Shown here: in pieces, positions 41,944 to 53,193 of the stretch
Layout: each line of letters starts with the position of its first letter
Numbering within the stretch: position 1 is the stretch's first letter
Assembly (NCBI GenBank): GCA_963809765.1
Contig: CAWEKT010000001.1
Span: 253,973 to 317,972 of the forward strand
Direction: 5' to 3'
DNA length: 64,000 nucleotides
Source: an uncultured Thermoleophilia bacterium
Lineage (GTDB): Bacteria > Actinomycetota > Thermoleophilia > Gaiellales > Gaiellaceae
Position numbers and translations under genes: made by a program
Notes under the pieces: generated by a model
Database searches by the model: none
Told to the model about the DNA's origin: nothing
Seen by the model: the letters and a program-made list of their open reading frames with translations, nothing else

Positions 41944-43142
41944 TCCGGCAGCAGTGGAACGGTGAACCCCTGGTCGCGGCCGAGCAGCAGGCCGCGCGTG
42001 ACCGCGTTCACCCCGAAACGGTCACGCAGCTCGTCGAGGGCCGCGTCGAGCGCCGCGCCGCCGCGGAAGTCGAGGGGGAGCACGAGCTGATCGTCGTCGT
42101 CGAGGTTCGCCACCGTGACGCCGACGAGCGTCAGGCCGTCGCGCTCGATCAGCGGCATCGCCGTCGCCAGCAGTCCCCTCGCCGTCGTCAGGACGGTGCG
42201 CGTCTCGTTGGTCGCCGCCGGCAGCGTGCACGAGCGGGTCGCCCGCGAGAAATCGTCGAACCGCAGGCGGAGGACGACGGTCCGCCCCATGCGGCGGGCG
42301 GCGCGCAGGCGGCGCGTGACACGGTCGACGAGTGCGACCAGGGTCGTATCGATCGCGGCCGTCGTCCAGGGGCCGCGGCCCATAGCGCGCTGGGAGCCGA
42401 TCGAGCGGCGGCGCGGCCGTGTGCGCACGCGCCTCGGGTCACGGTTGTGCGCGAGCGCGTGCAGCTTGCGCCCGGCCGCCAGCCCGAGGATCGCGACGAG
42501 GGACCCTTCGTTCATGCGCGCGACATCGCGCACCCGCGTGATGCCGAGCTGGTGGAGTCGCCTGGCCGTCGCCGGACCCACGCCCCACAGCAGCTCGACC
42601 GGGAGCGCGTGCAGGAATGCCAGCTCGCGGTCCGGGCGGACCTCGAGCAGGCCGTCAGGCTTCGCGACCGTGCTGGCCACCTTGGCGAGGAACTTCGTCC
42701 GCGCGATGCCCACCGTCAGCGGTAGCCCGACCTCGTCGAGCACCCGGCGCCGCAGGCGCTCGGCCATCTCGACGGGGGTGCCTGCCATGCGCCGCATCCC
42801 GCGCACGTCGAGAAAGGCCTCGTCGATCGAAAGCGCCTCGACGAGGGGCGTCGTGTCCTCGAAGACGCGGTAGACGGCCTTACTCGCCTCCGCGTAGGCG
42901 TCCATGCGCGGCGAAACGACGATCGCGTGCGGGCACAGGCGGCGAGCCTGGCGGCCGCCCATCGCGGTCGCGATGCCGAAGGCCTTCGCCTCGTAGCTCG
43001 CCGCGAGCACGACGCCGCCGCCCACGATGACGGGGCGGCCCCGGAGCCGCGGATCGTCGCGCTGCTCGACCGACGCGTAGAAGGCGTCGAGGTCGGCGTG
43101 CAGGATGGTCGCCTCCCGCAACACGAACATATGTTCGCACAC
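41940..43142 (-). CDS. dinB: DNA polymerase IV
   Basis: 400 aa; ATG 43130 is the alternative start. ILHADLDAFYASVEQRDDP, LSIDEAFLDV, GIARTKFLAKVAS. Confidence 0.93.
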   Translation of the reverse strand: MCEHMFVLREATILHADLDAFYASVEQRDDPRLRGRPVIVGGGVVLAASYEAKAFGIATAMGGRQARRLCPHAIVVSPRMDAYAEASKAVYRVFEDTTPLVEALSIDEAFLDVRGMRRMAGTPVEMAERLRRRVLDEVGLPLTVGIARTKFLAKVASTVAKPDGLLEVRPDRELAFLHALPVELLWGVGPATARRLHQLGITRVRDVARMNEGSLVAILGLAAGRKLHALAHNRDPRRVRTRPRRRSIGSQRAMGRGPWTTAAIDTTLVALVDRVTRRLRAARRMGRTVVLRLRFDDFSRATRSCTLPAATNETRTVLTTARGLLATAMPLIERDGLTLVGVTVANLDDDDQLVLPLDFRGGAALDAALDELRDRFGVNAVTRGLLLGRDQGFTVPLLPD

Positions 43143-43188
43143 CGTGCGCGATGGCTGACGAAAGAGAGACCTTTGGGCGGCGGCGCCG

Positions 43189-44419
43189 CTAGCTGCGCGC
43201 CGTGGCCGCCGGCGGCGCCAGCGCCGGCCCCCAGGCGACGAGCGGCGACAGCTCGCCCGTGTGCCCGTTGAGGCGCCGGAAGCCGAGTGCGTGCTCGGCC
43301 TGCATCATCTTGTGGATCTGCGTCGTGCCCTCGTAGATGATCGGGGCGCGCGCGTTGCGGAAGTAGCGCTCGATGCCGTACTCGGCCGAGTAGCCGTAGG
43401 AGCCGAAGATCTGGATCGCCAGGTGCGACGCCTCGAAGGCGGACTCCGTGGCGTGCCACTTGGCGAGCGAGGTCTCGCGGGTGTTCCGCAGGCCTTCGTT
43501 CTTCATCCAGGCGGCCTGCATGACGAGGAGCTTCGAGGTCTCGTAGCCCAGCACCATCTTCGCGATCATGTCCTGGACGAACTGGTATTTGCCGATCGGC
43601 TGCCCGAACGTCTCACGCTCGCGGGCGTACTCGACCGAGCGCTCGAGGCAGGCCCGGACGACGCCGACCGCTCCGGCCGCGACCGTGAACCGTCCCTGGT
43701 CGAGGCCGTACATGGCGATCTCGAAGCCTTGCCCCTCCTCGCCGACGAGGTTCTCGGCCGGCACCTCCACGTTCTCGAAGAAGAGCTCGCCCGTCGAGCC
43801 CGCCCAGACGCCGAGCTTGTGCTCGGTCTCGCGGGTCGTCACGCCGGGCCACTCGCGCTCGACGACGAACGCCGAGATGCCCTTGTGCTTCGCCGCCGGG
43901 TCGGTCTTGGCGAAGACGAGCTGGTGGTCGGCGACGGTCGCGTACGAGATCCAGTTCTTCTGGCCGTTGAGGACGTAGGTGTCGCCCTCGCGCCGCGCGG
44001 TCGTGCGCATGGCGGCGACGTCGGAGCCCTGCGGCCGGCTCGGTCAGGCCGAAGCACGCGAGCTTCTCGCCGCGCGCCTGCGGCACCAGGTAGCGCTGCT
44101 TCTGCTCCTCGCTCCCGTAGCGAAGCAACGAGAGCGAGTTCAGGCCGACGTGGACGGAGATCAGCGTCCGGAACGCCGCCTCGCCACGCTCGATCTCCTC
44201 GCAGGCGAGCGCCTCCGAGACGAAGTCGAGGCCGGCGCCGCCGTACTCCTCGGGGACGACGATGCCGAGGAGGCCGAGCTCGGCCATGCCCTCGATCGCG
44301 CCCATGTCGAGGCGGTGGTTGATGTCGTTCTCGATCGCGTTCGGCAGCACGCGCTCGTCCACGAAGGCGCGGACGGTGTCCTGAATCAGGCGCTGTTCGT
44401 CGCTGAGCTCGAAGTCCAC
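43189..44419 (-). CDS. Acyl-CoA dehydrogenase; one frame break at 44017-44019
   Basis: The N-terminal half (MDFELSDEQRLIQ...ACFGLTEPAAG) is in the frame of ORF 43613..44419. SDVAAMRTTARREGDTYVLNGQKNWIS...IYEGTTQIH is in the +1 frame of ORF 43189..44010. Confidence 0.88.
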
Positions 44420-44444
44420 GGCGGGAGTCTATGGTCAGCGCGCC

Positions 44445-44807
44445 GTGCCGCTGGACCTACCCGAGCTCGCGATCCTCGGCGCGGCGGAGCGCGCCTGTCT
44501 GGCGCGCTACCTCGAGCTCCTGGCCGCCGTCGAGGGGGTGGCGGAGGTCTGGCTGTTCGGCTCGGTCGCCCGCGGCGAGGCCTGGCCGGCCGGGATGCCG
44601 ATCCGCTCCGACATCGACCTGCTCGTCGTCACACGTGATCCCTTGTCCAGCGCGGAGGTTCAGCGCCTCGTCGACGCGACCATGCCGCTCTTCCTGGAGT
44701 GCGGCCGCCAGATCGCGCCGCAGTTCCGGACGTCGGCGGCGCTCGAGGGCGCGGATGGCGCACTGATGGAGGAGGTCCGCCGGGACGGGATCCGGCTCGT
44801 CGCCTAG
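44445..44807 (+). CDS. Nucleotidyltransferase-domain (MNT-like) protein
   Basis: 120 aa with a GTG start. VWLFGSVARGE...SDIDLLVV is the minimal Pol-beta NTase motif. Confidence 0.75.
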   Translation: MPLDLPELAILGAAERACLARYLELLAAVEGVAEVWLFGSVARGEAWPAGMPIRSDIDLLVVTRDPLSSAEVQRLVDATMPLFLECGRQIAPQFRTSAALEGADGALMEEVRRDGIRLVA

Positions 44808-46066
44808 CGCGCCACGGCGGCGTGCTGGTCGCTCACCCACGCGCCGAGCAGGCCGCGGTAGTGCGCGACGAAATGCTCGTGCTCATGCTCGGGGAAGGTG
44901 CTCTGCACCGTCTGCACGAGGAGGCGGTCGAAGTCCGGCCCCTCGACGTACTCGACCATCGCCTCGTCGAGGTGGGCCAGGTGGTCGGCGCAGAACTCGG
45001 TGTAGCGCTCGACGCCGAAGTACTCCTGCGCCAGCTCGTGGTAGCGGGCGAGCTTCTCCTCGTAGGTCAGGTCAGCCCGGTCGCCGATGTCGAAGTAGCT
45101 GCGCGTGTCCTGGTTGATGCGCATCCGCCGGCGCGTGACGGTGCAGAAGGCGCTCCACCTCACGAGGGCCTTGATCGCCCATGGGAAGTAGTAGTGGAGC
45201 GAGGTCAGCGCCACGTCGGGCGAGGCATTGGCGTAGTCGATCGGGTAGACGACGCCGTCTTTCACGAGCGTCTCGCACGAGTTGAACTCCCAGCGGAAGA
45301 ACGCGTTCACGAGCCGCGAGATGGCGACCACCTCCGACCCGAGCTCAGGGGTGAGGAAGTCGTGGGCGACGCTGTAGCGGTCGTGCAACGGGCGTGACGG
45401 GTCGTAGCGCATGACCATCGTCTCGGCGCCGATCGAGAGGCTGCGCACGAAGACGTCGAAATCCTCGACGGCCGCCTGCAGGTGCATCAGCCGCTCGCCC
45501 GACTCGTCGTAGACGGTGTGGAGCTCTCCGGGAGAGGACACCCGTGTGACGCCGACCCACTGGCCGCCGTCGAACGGCTTCATGAAGAGCGGGTAGCCGA
45601 TGCCTGCAGCGATCGCGTCGAGGTCGAACGGGAGGTTGTAGCGCGAGGCCATGTCCTCGAACTTCGCGGTGGCCGTCTCGAAGCGCACCGAGCGCGGCGG
45701 CTCCTTGTGCGGGATCAGCCACGTCTCGGGGACGTGCAGCCCGAGCCGCATCATCGCGCAGTACGCCGAGTGCTTCTCCATCGCCTGGAACGTGAAGGGG
45801 TTGTTGAGGAGGTACACGTCGTCCATGAGCGAGATCTTCTTGAGCCACTCGCGCGGGACGAAGTACCACCACGCGAGCCGGTCGATGACGAGCGCGTGGC
45901 GAGGCGAGTAGCGCAGGTCGAAGGGCTCGTTGGCGACGCGCTCACAGCTCAGCTCGTGGCGGTCGCCGTCCCGCTCGATCGGCCCGACCCGCTCGAGCAG
46001 GTACTCGAATGCGGTCGGCCAGTCTTCCTCGGTGCCGAGGAGAAGGCCGATCAGGTGCGTGGGCAC
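44804..46066 (-). CDS. ATP-grasp domain protein of unknown specificity
   Basis: 420 aa. GYPLFMKPFDGGQWVGVTRVSSPGEL and downstream strands resemble the RimK/GshB-type ATP-grasp fold. I do not recognise a specific family. Confidence 0.65.
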   Translation of the reverse strand: MPTHLIGLLLGTEEDWPTAFEYLLERVGPIERDGDRHELSCERVANEPFDLRYSPRHALVIDRLAWWYFVPREWLKKISLMDDVYLLNNPFTFQAMEKHSAYCAMMRLGLHVPETWLIPHKEPPRSVRFETATAKFEDMASRYNLPFDLDAIAAGIGYPLFMKPFDGGQWVGVTRVSSPGELHTVYDESGERLMHLQAAVEDFDVFVRSLSIGAETMVMRYDPSRPLHDRYSVAHDFLTPELGSEVVAISRLVNAFFRWEFNSCETLVKDGVVYPIDYANASPDVALTSLHYYFPWAIKALVRWSAFCTVTRRRMRINQDTRSYFDIGDRADLTYEEKLARYHELAQEYFGVERYTEFCADHLAHLDEAMVEYVEGPDFDRLLVQTVQSTFPEHEHEHFVAHYRGLLGAWVSDQHAAVAR

Positions 46067-46102
46067 ACGGCGTTTCTACCCGATTCGGCGCGCCACGGCA
46101 CC

Positions 46103-47074
46103 TCAGGCGCTGACGAGGAAGCAGGCGTCGTGGGACGACGATGCGAGCCGGCGCTGCCAGCGGATGCCGGCGCCCTGGCCGAGTACGCAGAGCGTGCCGC
46201 GGTCGAGCGACGGCGTGAACACGACACCCCACGCCGAGCTGACGTTGTACGAGCCGACGGGGATGCGGGCGCTCCGTACGACGCGCGTGTCGCTGAGCGA
46301 GTGCACCCGCAGCGTTCCGTCCGCGCCGCTCGTCACGTAGGCCCGGCCGGCCGCGAACGCGAGATGCTGGGGCGGGGCGTCGGCGTCGAGGCGCCGCAGA
46401 AGACGGCCGGTGCGGGTCTCGTAGATCGCGAGCTCGTTGCGGTCGCCGCCGGTGAGCCAGGCGCGCTCATTGCCCGGGAAGCCGACGTCGTGGACGAGAA
46501 ACGGCGGCTCGATCGTGCGCACCAGCCGCGGGCGCGTCGGTCGGGACAGGTCGAGCACGGCCACCTCGCTCGCCTGGCTGCCGAGCACGACCCAGAGCTC
46601 GCGCCGGTGGCGCGCAACCGCGAGGTGGCGGGCCGGCCCGCCCACGGGTGCACGCCCGACGATGCGCGCAGCCGCGACGTCGACGACGACGACCTCGCCG
46701 CGGGCGGAGTCCGACACGTAGGCGTACGGCAGGCCGAGCCGCGTGGCGGTGTAGCGCGGCTCCTCCACTCGTCCGCGGACGCGCCGCGTCTGCAGCGTGC
46801 GCCCGTCCACGAGCGTGAGGGCGCCTTCCGTCGTGTGCGCGACGATCGCCCCCGACGTCCAGCCGACCGTCTCGATGCTGCGGGGGCCGGGGGCGGTCGG
46901 CAGGCGCCGGTAGACCCTGCCCGTGCCGAGATGGACGGCGAGCACCTCGGACTGCTCGTCGGCCGTCACGAGCGCGAGCGGCGTCCCGCCCAGGCGCGCG
47001 GCGAACGCCTCCGGGTCCGTACGCAGCAGGATCGGGGCTGCAGCGAGCGTGGCCAGGAACGAGCGACGATCCAC
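46103..47074 (-). CDS. Tat-signal beta-propeller repeat protein (YVTN/lactonase-like)
   Basis: 323 aa from GTG 47074 (the track ORF runs to 47971). VDRRSFLATLAAAP twin-arginine signal. Repeated G..Y/V V.....G.L.V.D blades. Confidence 0.7.
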   Translation of the reverse strand: MDRRSFLATLAAAPILLRTDPEAFAARLGGTPLALVTADEQSEVLAVHLGTGRVYRRLPTAPGPRSIETVGWTSGAIVAHTTEGALTLVDGRTLQTRRVRGRVEEPRYTATRLGLPYAYVSDSARGEVVVVDVAAARIVGRAPVGGPARHLAVARHRRELWVVLGSQASEVAVLDLSRPTRPRLVRTIEPPFLVHDVGFPGNERAWLTGGDRNELAIYETRTGRLLRRLDADAPPQHLAFAAGRAYVTSGADGTLRVHSLSDTRVVRSARIPVGSYNVSSAWGVVFTPSLDRGTLCVLGQGAGIRWQRRLASSSHDACFLVSA

Positions 47075-47112
47075 GCTCGGGAATACGGGCTGCGCCGGGC
47101 CGGAGGTCCGCG

Positions 47113-47889
47113 TCAGCAGAAGCGCGGCAGGTGGTGGGCGAGCTGTGAGCGCCACGACGGCCAGTCGTGCGGCACGTCGTGGCCCCAGAGGTCGACTTCG
47201 TGCGGGATGCCCTTCTCGGCGAGCTGCGCGCCGAACGCCTTCGTGCTCTCGAGTGCGCCGGTCGTGTCCTCCCACTGGCCCTGGCCGCAGACGAGCAGCA
47301 GGTTCGCGTGGCCACGGAGCCAGTCGAGGTGGTCGCCGTGCAAGTGGGCGACGTAATCGGCGGGATTGTGGAAGTAGACGCTGTCGCCGCGCTCGCCCCA
47401 GCCCACGCGGGAGACGTCGTAGACGCCGCTGAAGCAGATGGCGAGCGGGAAGAGATCTGCGCGGCGCAGACCGAAGTTGGCGGCGTGGTAGGCGCCGAAG
47501 CTCGGTCCGTTGACGATCAGGTCGGTGCGCCCGCCCGAGTCCTCGTGGATGAACGGCACGACCTGGTTGACGATCCAGTCCTCGTAGGCGTCGTGCCGGC
47601 GGGCGCGATCCTCGAGCGGCAGGTGCTGTGCCTGCCAGCTCTCCGAGTCGAAACTGGCGACGCAGTAGAGCTTGACGCGCCCAGCCTCGAGCAGGTCCGC
47701 GATCGCGCCGACCATGCCACGCTCCTCGTACTGCCATGCGGGCCCCTGCTCCGAGGGGAAGGCGAGCACGGGTCGGCCGAAGTGCCCAAAGGCGAGCACC
47801 GTGCCCTCGGCGCCGATCGCCGGCGAGAAGAGCCGGACTTCGCGCCGGCTCATGGGCGGGGCACGCGCGCCGCGCGCCGGTGTGCGCAC
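47113..47889 (-). CDS. Esterase-family (esterase D/putative esterase fold) protein
   Basis: 258 aa; ATG 47853 is the alternative start. VLAFGHFGRPVLAFPSEQG, GPSFGAYHAANF nucleophile-elbow-like. Confidence 0.7.
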   Translation of the reverse strand: MRTPARGARAPPMSRREVRLFSPAIGAEGTVLAFGHFGRPVLAFPSEQGPAWQYEERGMVGAIADLLEAGRVKLYCVASFDSESWQAQHLPLEDRARRHDAYEDWIVNQVVPFIHEDSGGRTDLIVNGPSFGAYHAANFGLRRADLFPLAICFSGVYDVSRVGWGERGDSVYFHNPADYVAHLHGDHLDWLRGHANLLLVCGQGQWEDTTGALESTKAFGAQLAEKGIPHEVDLWGHDVPHDWPSWRSQLAHHLPRFC

Positions 47890-48061
47890 AGGTCCTTGAC
47901 GCGCGCGCGTCTGATCTCGGGCCCCGACCCGCCCCCCTGCTCGGCGTCGAGCCTACGTCCGCGGAGCGCACGCATGTGTGCCGGACTGTGACGGATGCGT
48001 GCCGAGGTCGTCGCGGCTTCCGTCCCGGGCGGGCACGGCGCGGGCGCCGACGCAGTGCAGC

Positions 48062-49130
48062 TCAGGTCCAGGCGCGGAGCAGCAGGTCGGGCAGGTGCGG
48101 CTCGAAGGTGTCCCGCCAGCAGACCCAGTTGTGGGCGTCGCGCTGCTCGACGAAGCGCACGTCCCAGCCCGCGTCTGCGAGCGCTCGGCCGACGGCGCGG
48201 TTGTTCTCGAGGTTCTCCTCGGCCGTGCCGACGGTGATCGTCACCGGCACCGGGGGCGGCGCCGCCCTCCCACGCAGGACGTAGCCGACGAAGCGCGTGA
48301 TCCGGCCGAACCGCTCGAAGCCCGCCTCGTGCTTGTCCCAGCGCTCCCGGAAGAAGCTGCCGGACTGCAGGAAGAGCCCGCCGAGCAGGCGCGGGTGCTG
48401 CCAGTGGGCGTGCAGCGCCGCCAGGGCGCCGAGGCTGGCACCCATCGCGACCGGGCGCGTGCCGTCCGTCGGGAGCGCCTCGACCAGCTCCGGCACCAGC
48501 TCGCCGGCGAAGGCGCGTGCGTACCGCGCGGAGGCCGAGTAGGTCTCGTTCCGCGCCACGGGCTGCAGGAGCGCGGCACGGAGCGGCGGAAGATCGCCGA
48601 AGGCGACCGCGTGGTCGAGCAGGCGCAGCAGTTGCGAGTACTCGGCGTACTCGGGCCCGTCGTGAGCGATCAGGAGCGGGAGCGGCTCACCCGGGTCGCT
48701 GTCCGCCGGTGCCCACACGAGCACGTCGACACTCGCCCGCAGCCCGCGGACCGGGATCGAGAGCTGGCCGACCTCACCCGGGGGCGACTCGTCGTCCGAG
48801 ACCCACGCGGGCTCGAGGTAGGTCGGGAGCTCGACGACCGACTTCTCGCCGAACGGTCCGCGGAGCCCGCAGCGGGTTCGCCGGGTCGGGCACCAGCCTG
48901 GCCCGGTCGCCGCGCCGCAGCTCCAGCAGGTACTCCATGCGGTCGGCCGCGCGCACGCGCCACTCGAGCGACCACGAGCCACGCCGCCGTCCACGCGCGA
49001 ACTCGACCCTGCGTGGGCGCCGCAGCTCGTGCGCGAGCGCGACGGACGTCAGCGTCCGCGTCGGGTCGACGTATCTGAACGTGACCTCGTCGCTGCCGAC
49101 GAGGGGCCCTCTGTCCCGGACGGACGCCAC
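48062..49130 (-). CDS. Enterochelin-esterase-like protein (N-terminal Ig-like domain plus esterase domain); one frame break near 48857-48863
   Basis: EVTFRYVDPTRTL...LVPDPANPLRAP is in the frame of ORF 48774..49130. GPFGEKSVVELP...LLIAHDGPEY...MGASLGALAALH is in the +1 frame of ORF 48062..48994. Confidence 0.75.
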
Positions 49131-49184
49131 GGCGGGCGAGCATAGATGCGCCCGGTTGACGAGCGCCGCCTACTGCGCCTACGA

Positions 49185-49200
49185 TTGACTGACGAGTCAA
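49185..49200. promoter_or_regulatory. Second copy of the TetR-type palindrome, TTGACTGACGAGTCAA
   Basis: Lies in the divergent esterase/acyl-CoA dehydrogenase intergenic region, 21 nt upstream of TTG 49221. Shares TTGACTGA-N4-TCAATCG with the site at 40280. Confidence 0.55.
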
Positions 49201-49220
49201 TCGACACGCAGGAGGAGCCG

Positions 49221-50408
<1,188 letters not shown>

Positions 50409-50429
50409 CGCCGCGTTACGCTCGCTCCC

Positions 50430-51264
50430 ATGGCGCTCGAGATCGACCTCTCGGGCCGGGTCGCGCTCGTCACCGGCGGATCGCGCGGCCTCGGCCGTGC
50501 CGACGCGCTGACGCTCGCGCGCGCGGGCGCGGACGTCGTCATCGCCGACATCCAGGTCGAGTCCGACAGCGGCGACGAAGCCGCGCGCTACGGCGTGCTC
50601 GCGCAGGCTGCGCGGGCGCAGGGCTTCGTCTACGCCGAGTCGACCGCCGACGAGATCCGGTCGCTGGGGCGCAGCGCGCTGGCGCTCAAGTGCGACGTCA
50701 CCGACCGCGAGCAGGTCGCGGCCGTGGTCGAGCGTGCGGTCGGCGAGCTGGGCTCGCTCGACATCCTCGTCAACAACGCGGGCACTCTCGACCACGTCGG
50801 CCAGCTGCCCGACCAGCAGCCGGAGCTGTGGGAGCGCGACCTCCGCGTCAACCTGACGGGCGCGTTCAACTGCGCCCAGGCCGCCTGGCCGCACATGCGC
50901 GAGCGCGGCTGGGGCCGGATCGTGAACATGGCCTCCGTCGCCGGCACGCTCGGCGGCTTCGGCCAGGCGAGCTACTCGACCACGAAGGCCGGGCTGCTCG
51001 GGCTCACGCGCTCGCTCGCGCTCGAGGGCGCGCGGCACGGCATCACGGTCAACGCCATCGTCCCCGGCATCATCGGCACCGAGGCCTTCAACTTCGGCAA
51101 CGCCGGCCATGAACGAGCGGATGGTCGCGCGCACCGCCTTCCGCCGCCCGGGCGAGCCCCAGGACGTCGCCAACGCCATCGCCTTCCTCTGCTCGGACCT
51201 CGCCGCCTACGTCACCGGCGTCGGTCTCAACGTGTCCGGCGGCATCGAGCTCTTCACCTTCTGA
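50430..51264 (+). CDS. Short-chain dehydrogenase/reductase (FabG-like); one frame break at 51101-51108
   Basis: VTGGSRGLG, NNAG and YSTTK are in the frame of ORF 50430. MNERMVARTAFRRPGEPQDVANAIAFLCSDLAAYVTGVGLNVSGG continues in the +1 frame to TGA 51262-51264. Confidence 0.88.
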
Positions 51265-51330
51265 CGCACGTTCCGCACGAGCGCTGACCGGCGACGGAGG
51301 AAGGGCGGGGCCCGTGGCTAAACTCGCCCC

Positions 51331-53193
51331 GTGGATGCCGAGGCCAGGCTCCGTCCTCTTCCCGTGCGCCGGCGCAGCGTCGGCCTGCGTGCGCTGCTCT
51401 GGACCGTCGCCGGGCTGCTGGCGGTCGCGATCGCGGTAACCGTGCTCGGGCTGGCCTTCGCGGGCTCCTCGGAGCGCCTGCCCGAAGGCACCCTCATCGC
51501 CGGTGTCGACGTCGGCGGGATGGGAACGACCGAGGCGGTGCGCGTGCTCGAGGAGCGCGCGGCCCGCGTGTACGACGTCCCCGTGACCTTCGTCGCCGGC
51601 GAGCGGCGCTGGCAGCTCTCGGCGAAGCAGCTCGAGCTGCAGGTGGACTGGCGCGGTGCAGTGGCGGTGGCGCAGGAGCGCGGCGACGGGTTCGGCCCCG
51701 TGCAGGGGCTGCGCCGCCTCGGCGTGCGCATCTTCGGCGCCGAGGTCACGCCGCCCACGCGCGTGTACGAGCCGGCGCTGATCTTCTACGTCGACAAGCT
51801 GGAGCGGGGCGTCGAGGTCCGGCCGCGCGATGCACGGCTCAGGCTTCAGGGCCTCAAGCCGGTCGTCGTGCCCGACCGCCAGGGCGTCACGCTCAACCGC
51901 AACGTCGCAGACAAGGCCATCGTCGCCGCGCTCGCCCGCTTCGCCCGGCGCGGCGCCGTCACGCTCCCGGTCAAGCTCGACCGGCCCTCCGTCACCGCAG
52001 CCGCCCTGGTCCCGGCGCTGGCGCAGGCCCGGGTCGCGGTCTCCGAGCCGGTGCGGCTCGCGCTCGGCGAGCGGCGCTGGAAGCTGCCGCGCTGGCGCAT
52101 CGCGCAGCTGCTCGAGCTGCCGTCCGAGGGCGCACGGCGCCTGTCTGTCGGCGGCCCGCGGGCGGAGCGGTACTTCACGCAGCTGGGCAGGCGAGTCGGA
52201 AAGCCGGCCGTCGACGCGGGGTTCGCCGTGCGCCCGAACGGCACCGTGGGCGTCGTACCGAGCCGGCCCGGACGCGAACTCGACGTAAAGGCGACGTCGG
52301 CCTCGCTGCTCGCGGCCGCGCTGTCGCCGACCGCCAGGCTCGCGACGGTCAGCCTGGCTGCCGCCCTGCCGGCGCGGACGACGGCCGAGGCCAAGGCGAT
52401 GGGCGTCCGCGAGCTCGTCTCGGGCTACGAGACGATCTACGGCGGCGACTCGAACCGCATCCACAACGTCCGGCTGGTCGCGTCGATGGTCGACGGCGCG
52501 TTGATCGCGCCGGGCGCGACGTTCTCGTTCAACGGCACGACCGGCGAGCGCTCGGCGGACAAGGGCTTCCTCGAGGCGCCCGTGATCATCAACGGCGAGC
52601 TGCAGACCGGGCTCGGCGGCGGCGTCTGCCAGGTCTCCACGACGGTGTTCAACGCTGCGTACGAGGCCGGCCTCCCGATCGCGACGCGGACGAATCACTC
52701 GCTCTACATCAGCCACTACCCGCAGGGGCGTGACGCGACCGTCAACTACCCGGACATCGACCTCAAGTTCGTGAACGACACGGGCGCCTGGCTCCTGCTC
52801 CGGACGTTCGTCGGCTCGTCGTCCCTCGTCGTCAACCTCTACGGCACGTCGCCCGGCAGGCGGGTGGAGAGCTCGACGGCTCCGCTCGTGGTCACCGGCT
52901 CGCCGCCCGTCAAGAAGATCCAGGATCCGTCGCTCGAGAAGGGCCGGACCGTCGTCGAGGAGTACGGCCAGCCTTCGCGCTCGACCAACGTCACAAGGCG
53001 CGTCTACGACCGCGGCGACACGCTCATCGCCGAGTCGACGTGGTACTCCGCCTACCGCGGCGAGTACCGCGTCGTCCGCGTTGGCACCAAGCCTCCGGCC
53101 AAGCCGAAGGAGCCGCCGAAGAAGGACGGCACAGTGCCCGCCGACGGCGAGGTGCCGCCGGCCGGCGACGCTACGACGACGACCGGGCCGTAG
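51331..53193 (+). CDS. VanW-domain cell-wall protein (YoaR-like)
   Basis: 620 aa in a single frame. N-terminal TM helix. VanW region GGGVCQVSTTVFNAAYEAGLPIATRTNHSLYISHYPQGRDATV. Pro/Lys-rich tail. Confidence 0.85.
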   Translation: MDAEARLRPLPVRRRSVGLRALLWTVAGLLAVAIAVTVLGLAFAGSSERLPEGTLIAGVDVGGMGTTEAVRVLEERAARVYDVPVTFVAGERRWQLSAKQLELQVDWRGAVAVAQERGDGFGPVQGLRRLGVRIFGAEVTPPTRVYEPALIFYVDKLERGVEVRPRDARLRLQGLKPVVVPDRQGVTLNRNVADKAIVAALARFARRGAVTLPVKLDRPSVTAAALVPALAQARVAVSEPVRLALGERRWKLPRWRIAQLLELPSEGARRLSVGGPRAERYFTQLGRRVGKPAVDAGFAVRPNGTVGVVPSRPGRELDVKATSASLLAAALSPTARLATVSLAAALPARTTAEAKAMGVRELVSGYETIYGGDSNRIHNVRLVASMVDGALIAPGATFSFNGTTGERSADKGFLEAPVIINGELQTGLGGGVCQVSTTVFNAAYEAGLPIATRTNHSLYISHYPQGRDATVNYPDIDLKFVNDTGAWLLLRTFVGSSSLVVNLYGTSPGRRVESSTAPLVVTGSPPVKKIQDPSLEKGRTVVEEYGQPSRSTNVTRRVYDRGDTLIAESTWYSAYRGEYRVVRVGTKPPAKPKEPPKKDGTVPADGEVPPAGDATTTTGP

